Positions 39,884-54,359 of a stretch of DNA of 64,000 bases are shown in pieces; the first letter of the stretch is position 1; the number at the start of each line of letters is the position of its first letter. The notes beneath the pieces were generated by a model. The model did no database searches. It saw nothing but the letters and a program-made list of their open reading frames with translations, and had not been told where the DNA came from. The stretch is from Octopus sinensis (lineage: Eukaryota), in NCBI RefSeq assembly GCF_006345805.1, contig NC_043005.1, positions 69,998,001-70,062,000 of the forward strand. Direction: 5' to 3'. The translations under genes and the position numbers were made by a program.

Positions 39884-42286
39884 ATAATAAAATTAGTGTT
39901 GCTTATAAATTCCACTGCAATTGAAATTACAGTTGATAATTAGATCGGTAAAGTACTAGATATCAAAGCCTGCGTCGCTACAGGTTCATTTTATGGACCA
40001 AATACTTAGAAATTTAGAATCTTTTTTTTAATTATAAGAAAATCCAATAGAATTAGTTACATAATTGTTGATTCCAAGAGAAGCAGTGGAATAGCATTCT
40101 AAAAGTTTTTGGTCTGTCACGATGAAGCTGACGCTAAACGTTTGTGCAGAAGTACATTTGAGTTCAATTGTTTCGTAACACGGTGTGTCCCCTCTATTGA
40201 ACGTTATCATAATGCTTGGAGTAGTTCTTTCATGTGTTGTCAGGAAAATTGTCAATGTGTAAGATAGAAATGTTGTCATTAGGGACAGTCACCTATCCAC
40301 GATAGTTAATTGCAGACATGTATTCACAATGCATTTATTCAATAAGTTGTCCTGTTCAGTTGCCCTATTGCTTACTTAAGCAGGTTTTACATACAATTTT
40401 GCATATTGAAGTTTATCGTTGGCTTATCTTGGATCTGTATCTTATTCAATTTACATACACTGATGAGCTGAGGCCATTTAAAATAGTAACAATTCAAACA
40501 TTAGTACAATAAAGTGGTTCCAAAGAAATATTACTCTAAACACAAAATTTACCACACAAAATATTTGCACTAAGAGAAACCTCACACTCACATACATCAC
40601 TATCCAGTGACAAACTATGATGGTAGTGAGTTTTGTTAGACTTGTGATTTAATTTATTTTATTTATGAAAATGAGGTAATTCTAAAAGAATGCTAGTCTT
40701 TTGATGAGAAACAAAATCAAGCCAAATGAAATCAAAACAAGGTGCTTATAATTTGTTAGAATGCGTTTGAAAGAATTTAATACATACTCCACAATGATGT
40801 TAAGAATAGGGAAAAAAGTTATGTAATTTACAAAACTTTTTATATACTTAACTTTTATATACTTAACTCTGAACTCACCAGGTTCAATTTTGCATTTCAG
40901 GTCTCTAAGATCTAGATGAAAGTACCAAACGTGTAGTGAGGTCCGTAACATCGATGAATCACTTCACATCAGAAGCGTTGTTTTTGTGACTAAATCAGAA
41001 ATAACTTTTAGAACAATGCGGGGAAATGTATTTTACTGGGCTATCACCTTTACAGTCACTGCTGGTTCTGAGGAAAGGATTCCGAATGGGATACAAAAGT
41101 AAAAATGTTCTTTGTTGAAAACTTAACACTAACATTGCAGCGTAAAATTCACATAGTATAGCAATTATTTTGAAGACATTTAATGTAATTATTCATATGT
41201 GCAACCAATATGACACCTAGTATCATTTGAGAACGGTGTATAACAAGAAGGGTATTCACATTTAATAATCGTATATAAAATATGTAAATTCTAAGAAAAT
41301 TCCCAACTTTACTAGCAAAGAAAAAAGTGATTTCAACTCTTAACCTTAAGCATGTTGCAGTCAGCTCTGCGTTCCCTATAATTTATTATGTTCTACGCTT
41401 CTACTACAGTTGACTCCTTAGGTCAACGATGAAATCTAATTTAAAATTTCTCTCCCAAGTGTGGCTTGTGTTTTTAAACAATGAGTTTCAATTACAAGCT
41501 GCAGCTATAGAAAATATTCGAAAATAATATGGCATTGTCTACACGGTATATTGTTCTTTATATAATGCTGTATATATTGACTCATCTATCTAAAGGGCTA
41601 AAGAAAGAAATCAATAGCTGCGGAAATTAATTTTTCTCCTTTCAGGAATTTCAATTTTCTGATCATATATACTAAGCCTTGCAAGAGATATGAGCTACCT
41701 GCAAACATTTTATGACACGTTAATCATTAAGGAACGGTTCGAAGTACAGATAAACTTGATATTAGATAACAGACCAGCTCTATTCTCCGTTCCGTTCTTC
41801 TCATGTATGATACAGAATTTCGTCATTTCAGTATTAATGCAATATAAACTTCACACAATTGATAATGTATAATCCTTTTCTGAAACTAATTAACATAAAT
41901 CGATATTTATGAATGACATCCCGTAATATGACAAGTGTTGGTTATTAACATAGCGTTGTATTTTATTCAATGCTTGAATGATGCATTCTGTCAGCGATTT
42001 TAACAACAATTAAAATATGTTTATTATGAGAAGATGCACTGAAGTTTTAAACGTTCAAACACACGGTTCTGTTTTAAAAGAGTGCTTGAAATTTAATACT
42101 AAAACATTAATATAGTATAAAGGATATTAATTGAGTTCTTGTAATAAAGTGATATTATATTTTTGAATTCGTGGAAATACTTTTCAGGTATCAAATTAAT
42201 GTGTAAAATAAAAATTAGGATTTTGTGCTCGAAGCTTACAGTTAAATCCTTTCTTTAGTGAGTGAAGTGCCTACCCTAGTTTAATG

Positions 42287-42528
42287 AAGGCACCTAAATT
42301 AGTGGATAGGGCGTAGCACTCATCATCGTAAGATTGTGGCTTCGATTCCTGGATCATGCAACGCGTTATGTTCTCGAGTAAAACCCTTCATTTCACGCTG
42401 ATCCAGTGCACTCAAAAGGCAAAATTAAGCAATCCTGCGATGGACCGTCGTCCGGTCCAGGTGGGTAATGTATAGGCCGGCAAACCGGTCTTTATGAGTC
42501 GGTATGACTCGAGAAAGTAACTCTACCT
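42287..42528 (+). mobile_element. Decayed SINE family C
   Basis: TTAGTGGATAGGGCG..GGCTTCGATTCCTGG head; CTTCATTTCACGCTGATCCAG core. Confidence 0.75.
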
Positions 42529-43037
42529 TTGGATTTACCATTAAAAAAACATTGATAATAACTATAGAAATTAACCGTCTGCCAGCAGTGTTCTTCGGCG
42601 ATTTAAATAAGAGTTTTTACTGTCATTTCCAGCATGTAGAAATACATTGTATGTCCTTTCATTAATATGATTTTTAATCATTCAGCTATATAATGCTTCT
42701 TGAAGCCTGCAATCGCCTATATTATTGATTCTATTATTATCATTTTTAATTGTTACACTAGATAATAATAGAGTCAATAATATCTTCGCAAATATTTTTC
42801 TCCGTATCTAAACGGGACTACGGTGTTAGAAACACCTACATTGCTAGGAATATGAGCTAAGATATTCTAATGTGGTAGCCAAAGCACGTAATTGTGTACA
42901 TAAACGCTGGCGGGGACTATAGTCACCCGAAAAACATTTCAGTTTCGGCAATTTTCGTTGAATCATAAGTAGGTACTTGTTCGAATTCTGCAGATTCTGA
43001 ACTAAATTCTCCCTCAGTATATATATATATATATATA

Positions 43038-43114
43038 TAGTAATCCATCACAGCACTTAGCTAGCGTACCCAATCGTTTAGATCACCTGTGAACCAAACC
43101 CCTACACTTCGTAT

Positions 43115-43146
<32 letters not shown>

Positions 43147-43229
43147 TATATATAGTAATCCATCACAGCACTTAGCTAGCGTACCCAATCGTTTAGATCA
43201 CCTGTGAACCAAACCCCTACACTTCGTAT

Positions 43230-43245
<16 letters not shown>
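43038..43245 (+). repeat. Tandem duplication, period 115 bp, with (TA)n at the unit boundaries
   Basis: TAGTAATCCATCACAGC...CACTTCGTATATACATAC at 43038 and 43153. Confidence 0.95.
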
Positions 43246-43302
<57 letters not shown>

Positions 43303-43705
43303 CATATAAATATATATTAATATAGATAAGTATATAAATATATATGTATGTTTATATCTATGTATGTAACTATGAATTCAAGTGTATACATCTTAATCGA
43401 ATGTAACCTTTCACTGTTTATTGTAGGTCATTTAATATAACAACATACTGAAGATCTTACAATATCTCCATACAACTACATTAGATTCTGTATGTCCAAG
43501 GTATGTATTCTTTATATTTATAGAGACGCGCAACACTGGAATATTGTACGGATATTAGTTGCTTTGCAACACATAATTCAACTAATTTTGTTGATATATT
43601 TTCCATTTTGCTTTTTTCTGGGAGATATGAGGTGCATAAAATATATAAAGAACGATTGAAAAGAGAAATGCACTCTATGTTTAATGGTTTTTCTGGCACA
43701 CACAC

Positions 43706-43755
<50 letters not shown>

Positions 43756-44293
43756 ATATCTCTGCAAAGGATGAGAGGAAGGAGAAAGAGCCATTTTCTA
43801 GGAATTTCACCTAGGCTATTTGTCATATACACTGACACAGAAATGAATGAGTATTATTCTAAAAATCTTAATACATTCATATAACCGTGGACAATATATG
43901 CATTCTTAATAACGAAAGCACATTGACGTACCGGATAGTTCAGTTAAAACATTTCTATTGATGATTTATACACTTACTCGGACATAAAATTCCTATTAAT
44001 ATCCTACGGTTCAATAATATTACTAAAGACATATGTTACTTCCTGTATGCATATATATATATAGTCTGTCTCCTGTGTGTATAAATATATATGTGTGTGT
44101 GCGTTTGTTTGTGTTGTATGTGTATGTATGTGTGCACGCGTGTTGGTTACTGTGAATAGATTTTCATGTATATTTATATAGACATACATAATTATATGTA
44201 TATGTATATAAATATAGTTACAGATTTACACGTATATGTATATAGTTATACATACATATTTACATGAATATATATATATATAGATACACACAC

Positions 44294-44365
<72 letters not shown>

Positions 44366-44499
44366 GTATTCGTGTATGTATGTATCTATATATGCACAAG
44401 TAAAAGTGCTAGTTCTAAAATCTCTCTAAGAGATAAGCACAGTAGTTGTACTGAGAAGTAATGTTCGTAGCCATTTTAACATGGCTGCCCATTCGATAT

Positions 44500-44574
<75 letters not shown>

Positions 44575-44575
<1 letters not shown>

Positions 44576-44900
44576 CCATCTTTAGTTTAGCAAATCAGCC
44601 CCAGGACTTATTCTTTGTAGACCTAGTATTATTCGATCGGTCTCATTTGCCGAATCACTAAATTATGGGGAAGTGAACACACCAGCATCGGCTGTCAAGC
44701 GATGCTGGGACAAACACAGACGCACAAAAAACATACACACGTAGACGCATACCTACAACGCACACATACCTACATACACACATACCTACGACGGCCTTCT
44801 TTCAGGTTCCGTCTACCAAATTCACTCACAAAGGCTTGGTCGGCCCGAGGTAACACGCAGTGGGACAGAACCCGGACCGTGTCATTGGTAAGCAAGCTAT
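44575..44900 (-). mobile_element. SINE family B
   Basis: Reverse of the family B 3' half and head. Confidence 0.8.
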
Positions 44901-44919
44901 TTCTCATATTTCTCATATT

Positions 44920-44994
<75 letters not shown>

Positions 44995-45113
44995 TGACGA
45001 AATTGGATAAGAAGGGTACGGTTGGACATTTATTTATTATTCGCTACAATTGTCCCGATGCAACGTGGTTCTTCAAGAATACAGGTATTTGTTTACGTAA
45101 CTGTCTGTTTGCA

Positions 45114-45882
45114 TAATGAGATTTAGCTGTGTTTCCTCAGGCGATATACGAGTGTTATTTCCGTCAGTTTAAAATCGTCGACATCGAGACCATCTTTTCT
45201 GCTCCTCATGGCTTGAATTTAGTAGCGTCTGATGAACCCATGTTGCTTGCCGTGAGAGCACGTTTGTCGGACTGCTATGAATGGTAGTAAATGTTTCTGG
45301 CTGGCATTTAAATGGGACTGGTCTTCTATTTGTTTGTGTCTCTGGTCTGTTTTTCACAGTGGGATACACATGTGAATCTCTAAGTCTAAGCTTTGTATTC
45401 CATGGTCGGATACATACACATATACACATATAGACACTCACACATACACTCTACCACAGAAACCTATGTATATACATGCACTGACATATATATATATATA
45501 CATACACATATATATTCCCGTACATACGCGTATATACATACTTACATTTAGGCAATTATATATACATACATATGCATATATGTATGTATCCGACTACTGA
45601 ATACTGAAAGTCAGCCGAGGGGATTTACCTATGTAGCCCACCTCGAGAAACAGACCAGAGATACAAACAAATAGGAGACCAAACCCATTTCAATGCCAGC
45701 CAGTACCATTTACCACCATTCATAGCAGTCTGACAAACGCGTTCTGAATGCAAACCCATGGGCCTCTCAGTCGCTACTAAATTCAAACAGGAACCAGAGA
45801 AGATGGTCTTGAAGTCGACGATTTTAAACTAACGAAAGTAACACTCGTATATCGCCTGAGAAAACACACCTAGATCTCATTA
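45114..45882. repeat. Diverged inverted repeat: about 250-bp arms (45114-45363 and 45636-45882) around a CA/TA-rich spacer
   Basis: CTCAGGCGATATACGAGTGTTA, AGTTTAAAATCGTCGAC, GACTGCTATGAATGGT and TATTTGTTTGT.TCTCTGGTCTGTTT are mirrored in order. Confidence 0.85.
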
Positions 45883-46099
45883 AACAGTTACAGATTTAGA
45901 TGTCTGTATTCTTGGAAAATTACGTTGAGTGGAAACAATTGTGATGAATAATAAATAAATGTCCAACCGTAAACCTTCTTTACTCCAATTTCTTCAATTT
46001 CACATTCACACTCGACTAATGCCCACATTTTAATTTGTAAGAAAATAATAATACTATCGATAGTACTGGGTAATTCTGAAGGTAGGCGAGCTTTATACA

Positions 46100-46870
46100 A
46101 AGTAGCCAGCGGTATGTATATGTAATAAACCCACAGCAAAAAACAACAATAAATTTCCCACTCGAGTTATTAGCTCGATGCGTTGTTCCGGATACGTAAG
46201 TTTCAGATAATGGAACACAGTTCACGGGATATGAATTCAGAAATTTCAGCAAAATACACGCCATAAAGCACATCTTTGCACCGCCCCACCACACGAAGCC
46301 AGATGGGCAGGCGGAAATATTTCTTAACACGCTCAAAAGAGCTTTAAGGAAAGCAAGGAACGAGCTAGATGATTAGGCACTAAAGGAATTTCCGAGTGTA
46401 TAGAATAACCCCAAATTCAAAAACGAATTAAGGAAAGTCACCAGCTGAGTTAATGTTCGCACGTAAAATAAAAATCGATCTTAGATAAATTATTGCCAGG
46501 AAAATATACATTTAAAGTAAAGACAAAAACTACATATGAAAGAAATACAAGAAGCACTACAAAACATTTCAAAATAGATAAAGTTCATTTTATAAATTAT
46601 AAAAATGTTAAAGATTGGGGGAATTGCTGTGTAAACAAAAGATTAGATAATATGATATATTTAATTAAAGGATGACATTCGGGACATAAGAGAAACACTA
46701 ACCAGTTAACGATGAGACATACAGAAGAACGAATGGTAATACCAATGGAAATCTACTACGATATGTTTGAAGTGTCAGCACCGAGAGATATTTAACCCCG
46801 TAGAAGTAGCTTCAGAAAACTAAAACAGACTAAATATGTGGAAGTAATACCTAAGCGAAAAATATATTAA
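46100..46870 (+). pseudogene. Gypsy integrase / pol C-terminal remnant
   Basis: VPDT*VSDNGTQFTGYEF, PDGQAEIFLNTLKRAL, YRITPNS..GKSPAELMFARKI. Confidence 0.8.
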
Positions 46871-48843
46871 AGGCTCTCGTTATAGTCCTTCCTCCAACTT
46901 ATACAGAGATCCAGCAATCATTCCAGTTCTTTTGCTATCTTCACCTATTCATTTTGTTTAATATCACTGTGTTCTATAATTATATTTGAATAACACATGT
47001 ATTTAAATATTTTTTCCAATATCTAACTCCAAATTACATCGACTGAACCACTTCCGCATTCACTTCACATGGTCTTATAGCAATAAATATATGGTTATTT
47101 GTCATCTGTTCAGAAACGTATATTGGATCGCAATACATACTTACACACACAGACGCAGGCACCCCTCCCACACATACAGACACACACTATAATGAGATAC
47201 TGAGGAGAAAATAAAACAAGTACAATTTGTAAACTCAGCAAATATAAAAATGCAGATAATGTTTTTGGTACGGTAACGATAAATGATTTTAAGTTGATGA
47301 AGTTATTTATTTGGCAGCATAGGTACTACGAACATAATTATTGGTAGAAGTTTGAAAGGCCACTGAAAACAATTGTATTTATTAGAAGAATGTAAAAAAT
47401 TTAAAGTAGGAGAGATAATTTAAAATTTAAATGTGGGAAAGTGCTAATTAGAATGCAGCTATAATCCCGTGTTTCAAGCTAATTATAATTGGCGCATAAA
47501 GGCTCCCATATAATTAGAACTAAGAAGTGCTGATATAAAAATATATAAATGATATGCAAGTATTAATGAGTTAGGAGGAATGCTGTTGATGCAGCACAAA
47601 ATCAGGTAAGGATGGAAAAGGAACAAGAAAGCAAAAGAGAAAATTAGATTGAGTGGGAGAATGATGATATTAGAATAAGAAACTGTGGCTCGGGAACTTG
47701 GGCAACTTGACATCGCCATCGTTGCTATCATGGAAACCTACTAAGATAGAGAATCACCGCCGTATGATGAAAACAATCTACATTATTTTATTACTCTAAT
47801 ACACGAGCTTGAAACAGTCTTAGATTAAAATATTGGGGTATATAACATCCGTAGTGTGCATTCAAACTTTGAATGGCACTAACCATAAAACTCTGTACCT
47901 AATAGCCTTCACAGGGAAACTTGTGTTGAAAATACAAGGAACGTTTAGAAGGCTGCATCGTTGTAGAAATCAGTGAACAAAACATTTCCTTAGATATAGA
48001 AAAGCGTTCGAGATTAGAATTGAACGAATGTGTACCCTACAAAGCGTTTCCGGTGTCAATAACAGTTATCTTAGTAAATTATCGGAAATATGTGGTTCTG
48101 GATTTCTAATCAACACAAATGTTCCCAAAGAACACCGACATACAAACAAATCATTCAGTAAACAACGACAATCAACTTAACGTGGAGAAGAAGATTCGCT
48201 TTGAGAAAACCCAGCATGTAACTCTCAGTGGCGTCCGTTTAAGCATTCTAAAATACAAACTCCTCCATCTTGGAGACTAAAACATGAATTAGGGGAAACG
48301 ATCCTTCGGAATGACGCTATCGAGTAAACATTCGAAAGGTAATGCCACTTCGAAATAATCCTTCCTTAATGAAGTGTACAATATACGACATTTATTGCCA
48401 AAAAGAATCGCTATTTAAATTCCAGGTAATATTCATGTGCGAATCACTAGTAATTGATGAGGCACACCATGTTTGTTCCCGAGATCACAAAAATCTTTTT
48501 CATATGTAAATGAGTGCGAAGCTCGAGGCGCTGACAGTTGCATCATCTCCTCCAACATTGGCATTGGAATTCAATATAAATATGAAATATTAAGCTTAAA
48601 ATGAGACACATATCGAACTAGCAGATATGTAAGACACAAAAGTTAAGAATTTGAAAAAATTATTCGATAAATACGTCACAGAAAACAGCCAGAATTTATC
48701 AAATAATACTGGAGCGCCATCACTTTTACGTGTAAGTTGGAATGGACAGCAGGAAGCGAACCTGAACGTTGGTTCCATGATAACGGTGAGTTGATCTAAA
48801 ACGTCAGTCTTGAGAAAAAGTCCGTTTCGTCTAGCGAGAAATA

Positions 48844-49003
48844 TTGGGTTGTCCGGAAAGTTCATGCTGATATTTCAAGGAAAGAAAAAGGTCAATAAAT
48901 GCCTGCCATTACATTTTCAATCATCCAAATATGAACCATGTTGAGGCACAATGCGTCTCCATATTTCCTTTAACTTAAAAATACCCTCGTCCCAGAATTG
49001 AGG
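48844..49003 (-). mobile_element. Fragment of a second mariner family (TIR plus transposase C-terminus)
   Basis: TA-TTGGGTTGTCCGGAAAG terminus; minus strand FWDEGIFKLKEIWRRIVPQHGSYLDD*. Confidence 0.7.
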
Positions 49004-49589
49004 TAGGTACCTGGGAGAGTAAGTCGAAAGGTAATCTACTATAAATCGACACGAACTTTCCGAACAACCCAATAGTAAGCCTATCAGAAACAAAGCTGTA
49101 ATATAAAAATTATTCGTATGCTTAAAGACCAAGGTTAGAACAAATCATACTAAATCCAAATAAACTTAAATATAGATATCACAAGATGTTTGAACCGTAT
49201 AAATATTATTTACAGTCTCCTATGAAGAACAGGTCTCCATATTTTTAAAGGAATAGTTTTTCCTATAAATCAACAAGAAAATATATAATCTTAAGACGAA
49301 GAGCATCAGTGAACGCCTAAATCATTGTACTAATATATTCATATGTGTATGTGTTTGTTCGCGTGCGCATCAGTGGTGGGTGAATATACACATATCTTTA
49401 TGCATATCGATATCGACAAAAGCTGCTGATGGAGCGGTGAAGCCTAAATCTTTTAAATACTCTTTCACGAATATAAAAGGTCTAAAGAAATCTGAATGTT
49501 TACATTTTCTTTCGAACACTACGAAGACTGCTCAAAACTCAAATGACTTGAAATTTACGTGAATGAAAACATCAACCACTTCGGCTACC

Positions 49590-50100
49590 AGCTGTATCAG
49601 GCCTCATTCACTGCTAATATTGACAGTGAAATGCAGCATCTTTGGAAGTATATAGGAATTTCTATGGAGAGTATTCGAACACGGCTGTTCATCAACGTAA
49701 TATGATGATCCATTGAAATATAAGGCATTTTAAGACCCGCTTTCCTGTAGGCATCTACGAACATTGATGTTTACAACATATTCCAGAACAGTTGTTGGAA
49801 CTAAATACAAACATTAACTCCATCATCGGAGATTGCAAGGTAATCATAATCAAAGAAAACCTCTCCAAGTATAATTTCGTTCAAAGGAGACATGCATAGA
49901 ATTAAAAACAGCTGATTTACCAGGCAAGTAACACAAAGTCATTTGAAGGAGAATATAACACGGTGAGATCAACTCAAGCACATAAAGGATATTCTGCAGG
50001 AAACACTAAAACGAAAAAAAAAATTAAGCTAGAAGGCGTTTGATCATGACAGCAAATAATGGAAAACCTTCATTCAGAAAAGAGCTAATTTAAATGATCC
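49590..50100 (+). pseudogene. Old RTE LINE 3' fragment
   Basis: Degenerate ANIDSEMQH.., QLKHIKDILQETLK and DHDSK*WKTFIQKG motifs. Confidence 0.55.
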
Positions 50101-50302
50101 CCTGCGGGATATCGAGAGGCCATGGTGGATAGAATAAAAGCCAAGATCGTAATTGACAGCTCCATCTCATCTCACATTCTGAGTTATTTGCCTTGATAGT
50201 CCTGATCCACTATGATTGGGGATATTAAAGATCTGCCCTCACATAGCATCACTCTCCGACACCCCAATCCTAGTTTGCAATGGTATGCTAAAGCTTATAT
50301 AC

Positions 50303-50492
<190 letters not shown>

Positions 50493-51442
50493 GTACCTGA
50501 CCCGCCTGTTCGGGACGACTTTCGGGCCAGGGCCCATGGACAACTTCCAGAGATCCCTGGCCTGGCAGTGCTACCGAGAAGCGCTACCCGTTCGGGATAA
50601 GCTCTACAGACACGGCTCGAGAAACACGGGGCCGACCTGCCCGAGATGCGGTCAGAGCGACGAAACCGTTCTGCACGCACTCGTTCAGTGTCCAACAATT
50701 TCCGACCTGTGGGCTTATGTCGAACAACTGCTGTCACGTGTGGGACGAGTCGGTTTATCAGCTGAGTCTATCGTCAATATTGTCACGCCTCCTTCTTCAA
50801 ACGGGAAGGAAGAGCTATTTTCATCATCCTTGTGGCTATGGCGAAGAATGTATCTGGTGGACGCGTCTGAAAGGATTGGAGACAAACACTTTCCTCTCTG
50901 GTCAATCTCTCATCAACTTCTTCAAGTACCACTTGAAAAGGAAAGTGAGAGTAGAGAGGCAAGTTTTGTCTAGCGAATGTTTTAAAAAAAGATGGGTGAA
51001 TGTAGCAAGAATGGCACGTATGAATGACGAAGCCACCTTGAGCATAGTCCTATGAACCCAGAAATCGAAAACAGAGAGTTGCTTATTTGCAAAAAAAAAA
51101 AAAAAAAAAAGAAATATTAAAATGTGACTTCATTGACCGAGGTTACCGTGGTCTTTTCCGCAGGCTTTCTTCCACGGGTAAACCTCACCTGCCTCCCCTT
51201 TACACTTCATATTGACATTTCTGTGATAACGATCCCTATTGATCATTTTTTTTTCCTCTCCCCCCCCTTTTTTTTTTTAACCCCCCTTATTTTTGTCCTC
51301 TTTCTCTCCTTTTACGATCCCTTTTGATCGAACCTCCCCCTTCCTTTTTTTTTTTTTTTTTTTTTTTAATACCTTCAAAAGAAAAGCTCTACCTTGTAAT
51401 TTGTTCTATCTGTGTGCAGCCTGTGTGGCTAATAAAGAAACA
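50493..51442 (+). mobile_element. 5'-truncated Tx1/L1-clade LINE (zf-RVT, CCHC, 3' UTR)
   Basis: WQCYREALPVRDKL..CPRCGQSDETVLHALVQC; after one frameshift, FFKYHLKRKVRVERQVL..RW*; 3' UTR ends AATAAAGAAACA then (TATC)n. Confidence 0.85.
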
Positions 51443-51474
51443 TATCTATCTATATATCTATCTATCTATCTATC

Positions 51475-51505
<31 letters not shown>

Positions 51506-51557
51506 ATCTATCTATCCATCTATCTATCCATCTATCATCTATCTATATCTATCTTCA

Positions 51558-51601
<44 letters not shown>

Positions 51602-51680
51602 CATCTTCTATCTATCTATCCATCTATCTATCCATCTATCTATCTATCTATCTATATATCTATCTTTCAATCAATCTATC

Positions 51681-51713
<33 letters not shown>

Positions 51714-51830
51714 CATCTATCTATCCATCTATCTATCTATCTATATATCTATCTTTCAATCTATCTATCTATCTATATATCTATCTATCTGTCTATCTAT
51801 TTATCTATCTAACTGTTTCCTATCTATCTA
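51443..51830 (+). repeat. (TATC)n array with higher-order variant units
   Basis: Direct reading; 51711-51782 is identical to 50421-50492. Confidence 0.95.
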
Positions 51831-52458
51831 TATACAAACACCCAGTTACCACATACGCGCGCACAGCACAGGCTTACATGCATACATTTACGATTAAAAC
51901 AAGGGGAATTGGGAGAACAAGACTTTTTGCATGTTTGTGGATTTTCAGTCACAGGTTGTAGAAAAGAATTTCCAGATTGGCGTTTGTCTGGTGGACGTGT
52001 GGATGAGCGCGTTAACACTCAAATGAAATTAATGTAATATATATATATATACACACGCATATATATATATATATACATACATGGAAATGTGCGTGCATGC
52101 GTGTGTGCATGTGTGTGTGTAAGTATACATTGATGAGTAATTGTTGGCCTCTTTCGACGATAATTATTCAAATCTTTAATCAGCTGTATGCATGCATGAA
52201 AGAACACCTCAATCATTCAAAGCGTAAGCCAATGACCAATCATCAGCCACCTTAGCTTTTAAGTTTATTGTGAGGGAGAAACATCATTTTTGAACGTTTT
52301 AAACTACACATTTGAATCACAAGTATAATCAATTCAACGGCATTCCATTTCAATCACACTTTAAGACTAGTTTCAGATCTGCTTGCTCTATCCACATGAT
52401 AACGTTTGGAAGGACTCCTATGAGTGCTTTCAGAAATGATTTGTTGTATTCTGAATAT

Positions 52459-52700
52459 GTGGAGGCGCGTGGATTAGTGGTTAGGGTGTCAGCATCATGA
52501 TCGGAAGATTGTGGCTTCGATTCCTGGACCGGGCGGCCCGTTGTATTCTTGAGCAAAACACTTCATTTCACATTGCTCCAATTCCCTCAGCTGGTAAAAA
52601 TGAGTAACGCTGCGATGGAGTGGCGTCCCGTCCAGCTGGGGAACACACACGCCATAGAAACTGGGCCCATGAGCCTGGCTAGGCTTTAAAAGGGCGCATT
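52459..52700 (+). mobile_element. SINE family C
   Basis: GGAGGCGCGTGGATTAGTGGTTAGGG..GGCTTCGATTCCTGG head; shared core. Confidence 0.85.
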
Positions 52701-53116
52701 TCTATTTTATATTCTGAGTATGGTGTATGTCGATTTCGTGAGAAATACATTTCTTTGAATGCTGATCTCGCTGAAATTTACACAAGGGACATGTAAATGG
52801 AAACTTAGCCGGCCACTATATATTAAACTCGTCAATTTTGTGATATTTCTGTTGCCATATACAATGTATACCGCATGCTTGAAATTTATATCTGGGCTTC
52901 ACTGAAGTCATGTATACATGTATAATTGCACAAACAATACATGAATATATACACAGCTGTTCAAATGTCTGTTCAGAGAGATACATCCAGAAAATGTTTT
53001 GAGTATGTGAATATCGGTGACATTGACCCCAGATCTTGAGTGATTCTTAGAAATATGAACCGTGGAGGGATGTGTGGCAAATTCAGTGGCATTTGAACTA
53101 AGTGGTATAGTCTGGC

Positions 53117-53540
53117 ACTAAGACGGCGAGCTGGCAGAATCGTTAGCACGCCGGGCGAAATGCGTAGCGGTATTTCGTCTGCGTTACGTTGTGAGTTCAA
53201 ATTCCGCCGAGGTCGACTTTGCCTTTCATCATTTCGGGGTCGATAAATTAAGTACCAGTTAGGCACTGAGGTCGATGTAATCGACTTAATACCTATGTCT
53301 GTCCTTGTTTGTCCCCTCTGTGTTTAGCCCCTTCTGGGTAATAAAGAAATAGGTATTTCGTCTGCCGCTACGTTCTGAGTACAAATTCCGCCGAGGTTTA
53401 CTTTGCCTTTCATCCTTTGGGGTCGATTAAATAAGTATCAGTTACTCACTGGTGTCGATGTCATCGACCTAATCCGTGTGTCTGTCCTACGTTGTCCTCT
53501 CTGTGTTTAGCCCCTGGTGGGTAGTAAAGAAATAGGTATA
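53117..53540 (+). mobile_element. SINE family A tandem (head plus two body+tail units)
   Basis: The unit restarts at GGTATTTCGTCTG directly after tail end AAAGAAATA (53351/53352). Confidence 0.88.
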
Positions 53541-53734
53541 GTCTGTTGAAATTTCTCAAAGCATTTATTGCTCTCTAGATCATTTCGGGTTAATTGGATT
53601 CCTTAAACCAACATTCATCATCTCTCTCTAAAATCTCCTACTCCAAGACCACAGAGTTACTACATTTCTCCACACTGCACTAAACTTTTGCCATTACATA
53701 TATGCACGCATATGAACAGATGCACACACGCACG

Positions 53735-53770
<36 letters not shown>

Positions 53771-54289
53771 TAAGCACATGCATATAATAGTGTCTGTCTA
53801 CCCATGAATTTAAATATAACGAAAAGTAAAGTATACCTGAGTTATAAGTTTAAGTAAATAAACTTCACTTTACGTACAGAGTAGCCTGTACAAAATTTTT
53901 GTCAACGTGTTCATATTTCAGTTTCAAGAAATAGATCGGGAAATTACTTCATCTAAGTTATTTCCCAAGCCCATTATATTTTTTAATTACGGAAATTACT
54001 ACTTGATACACTGGATTTTGTGAATCATTCACTGTCGAAATCTATAACATTGAAATAATTTTTAACTTTAAAGTTGCCGATAAAATTGACCAGATTTCCC
54101 TGTAGGCATATCAAATAATTATTTCGAATTAATTTTTCCTTTATTGAAATTGCATACTGGTAAACGTGAGAGTGACTAAAAATTGCTGCGAGGGTTAATT
54201 TTTTTTACCCCGAAATGAGAGAATATAACAAATACCTGTATGTATGTATGTATGTGTTAGTATATATAGCAATATATGCGTTCATATAT

Positions 54290-54305
54290 GTAAATATATA
54301 TAATT

Positions 54306-54359
<54 letters not shown>

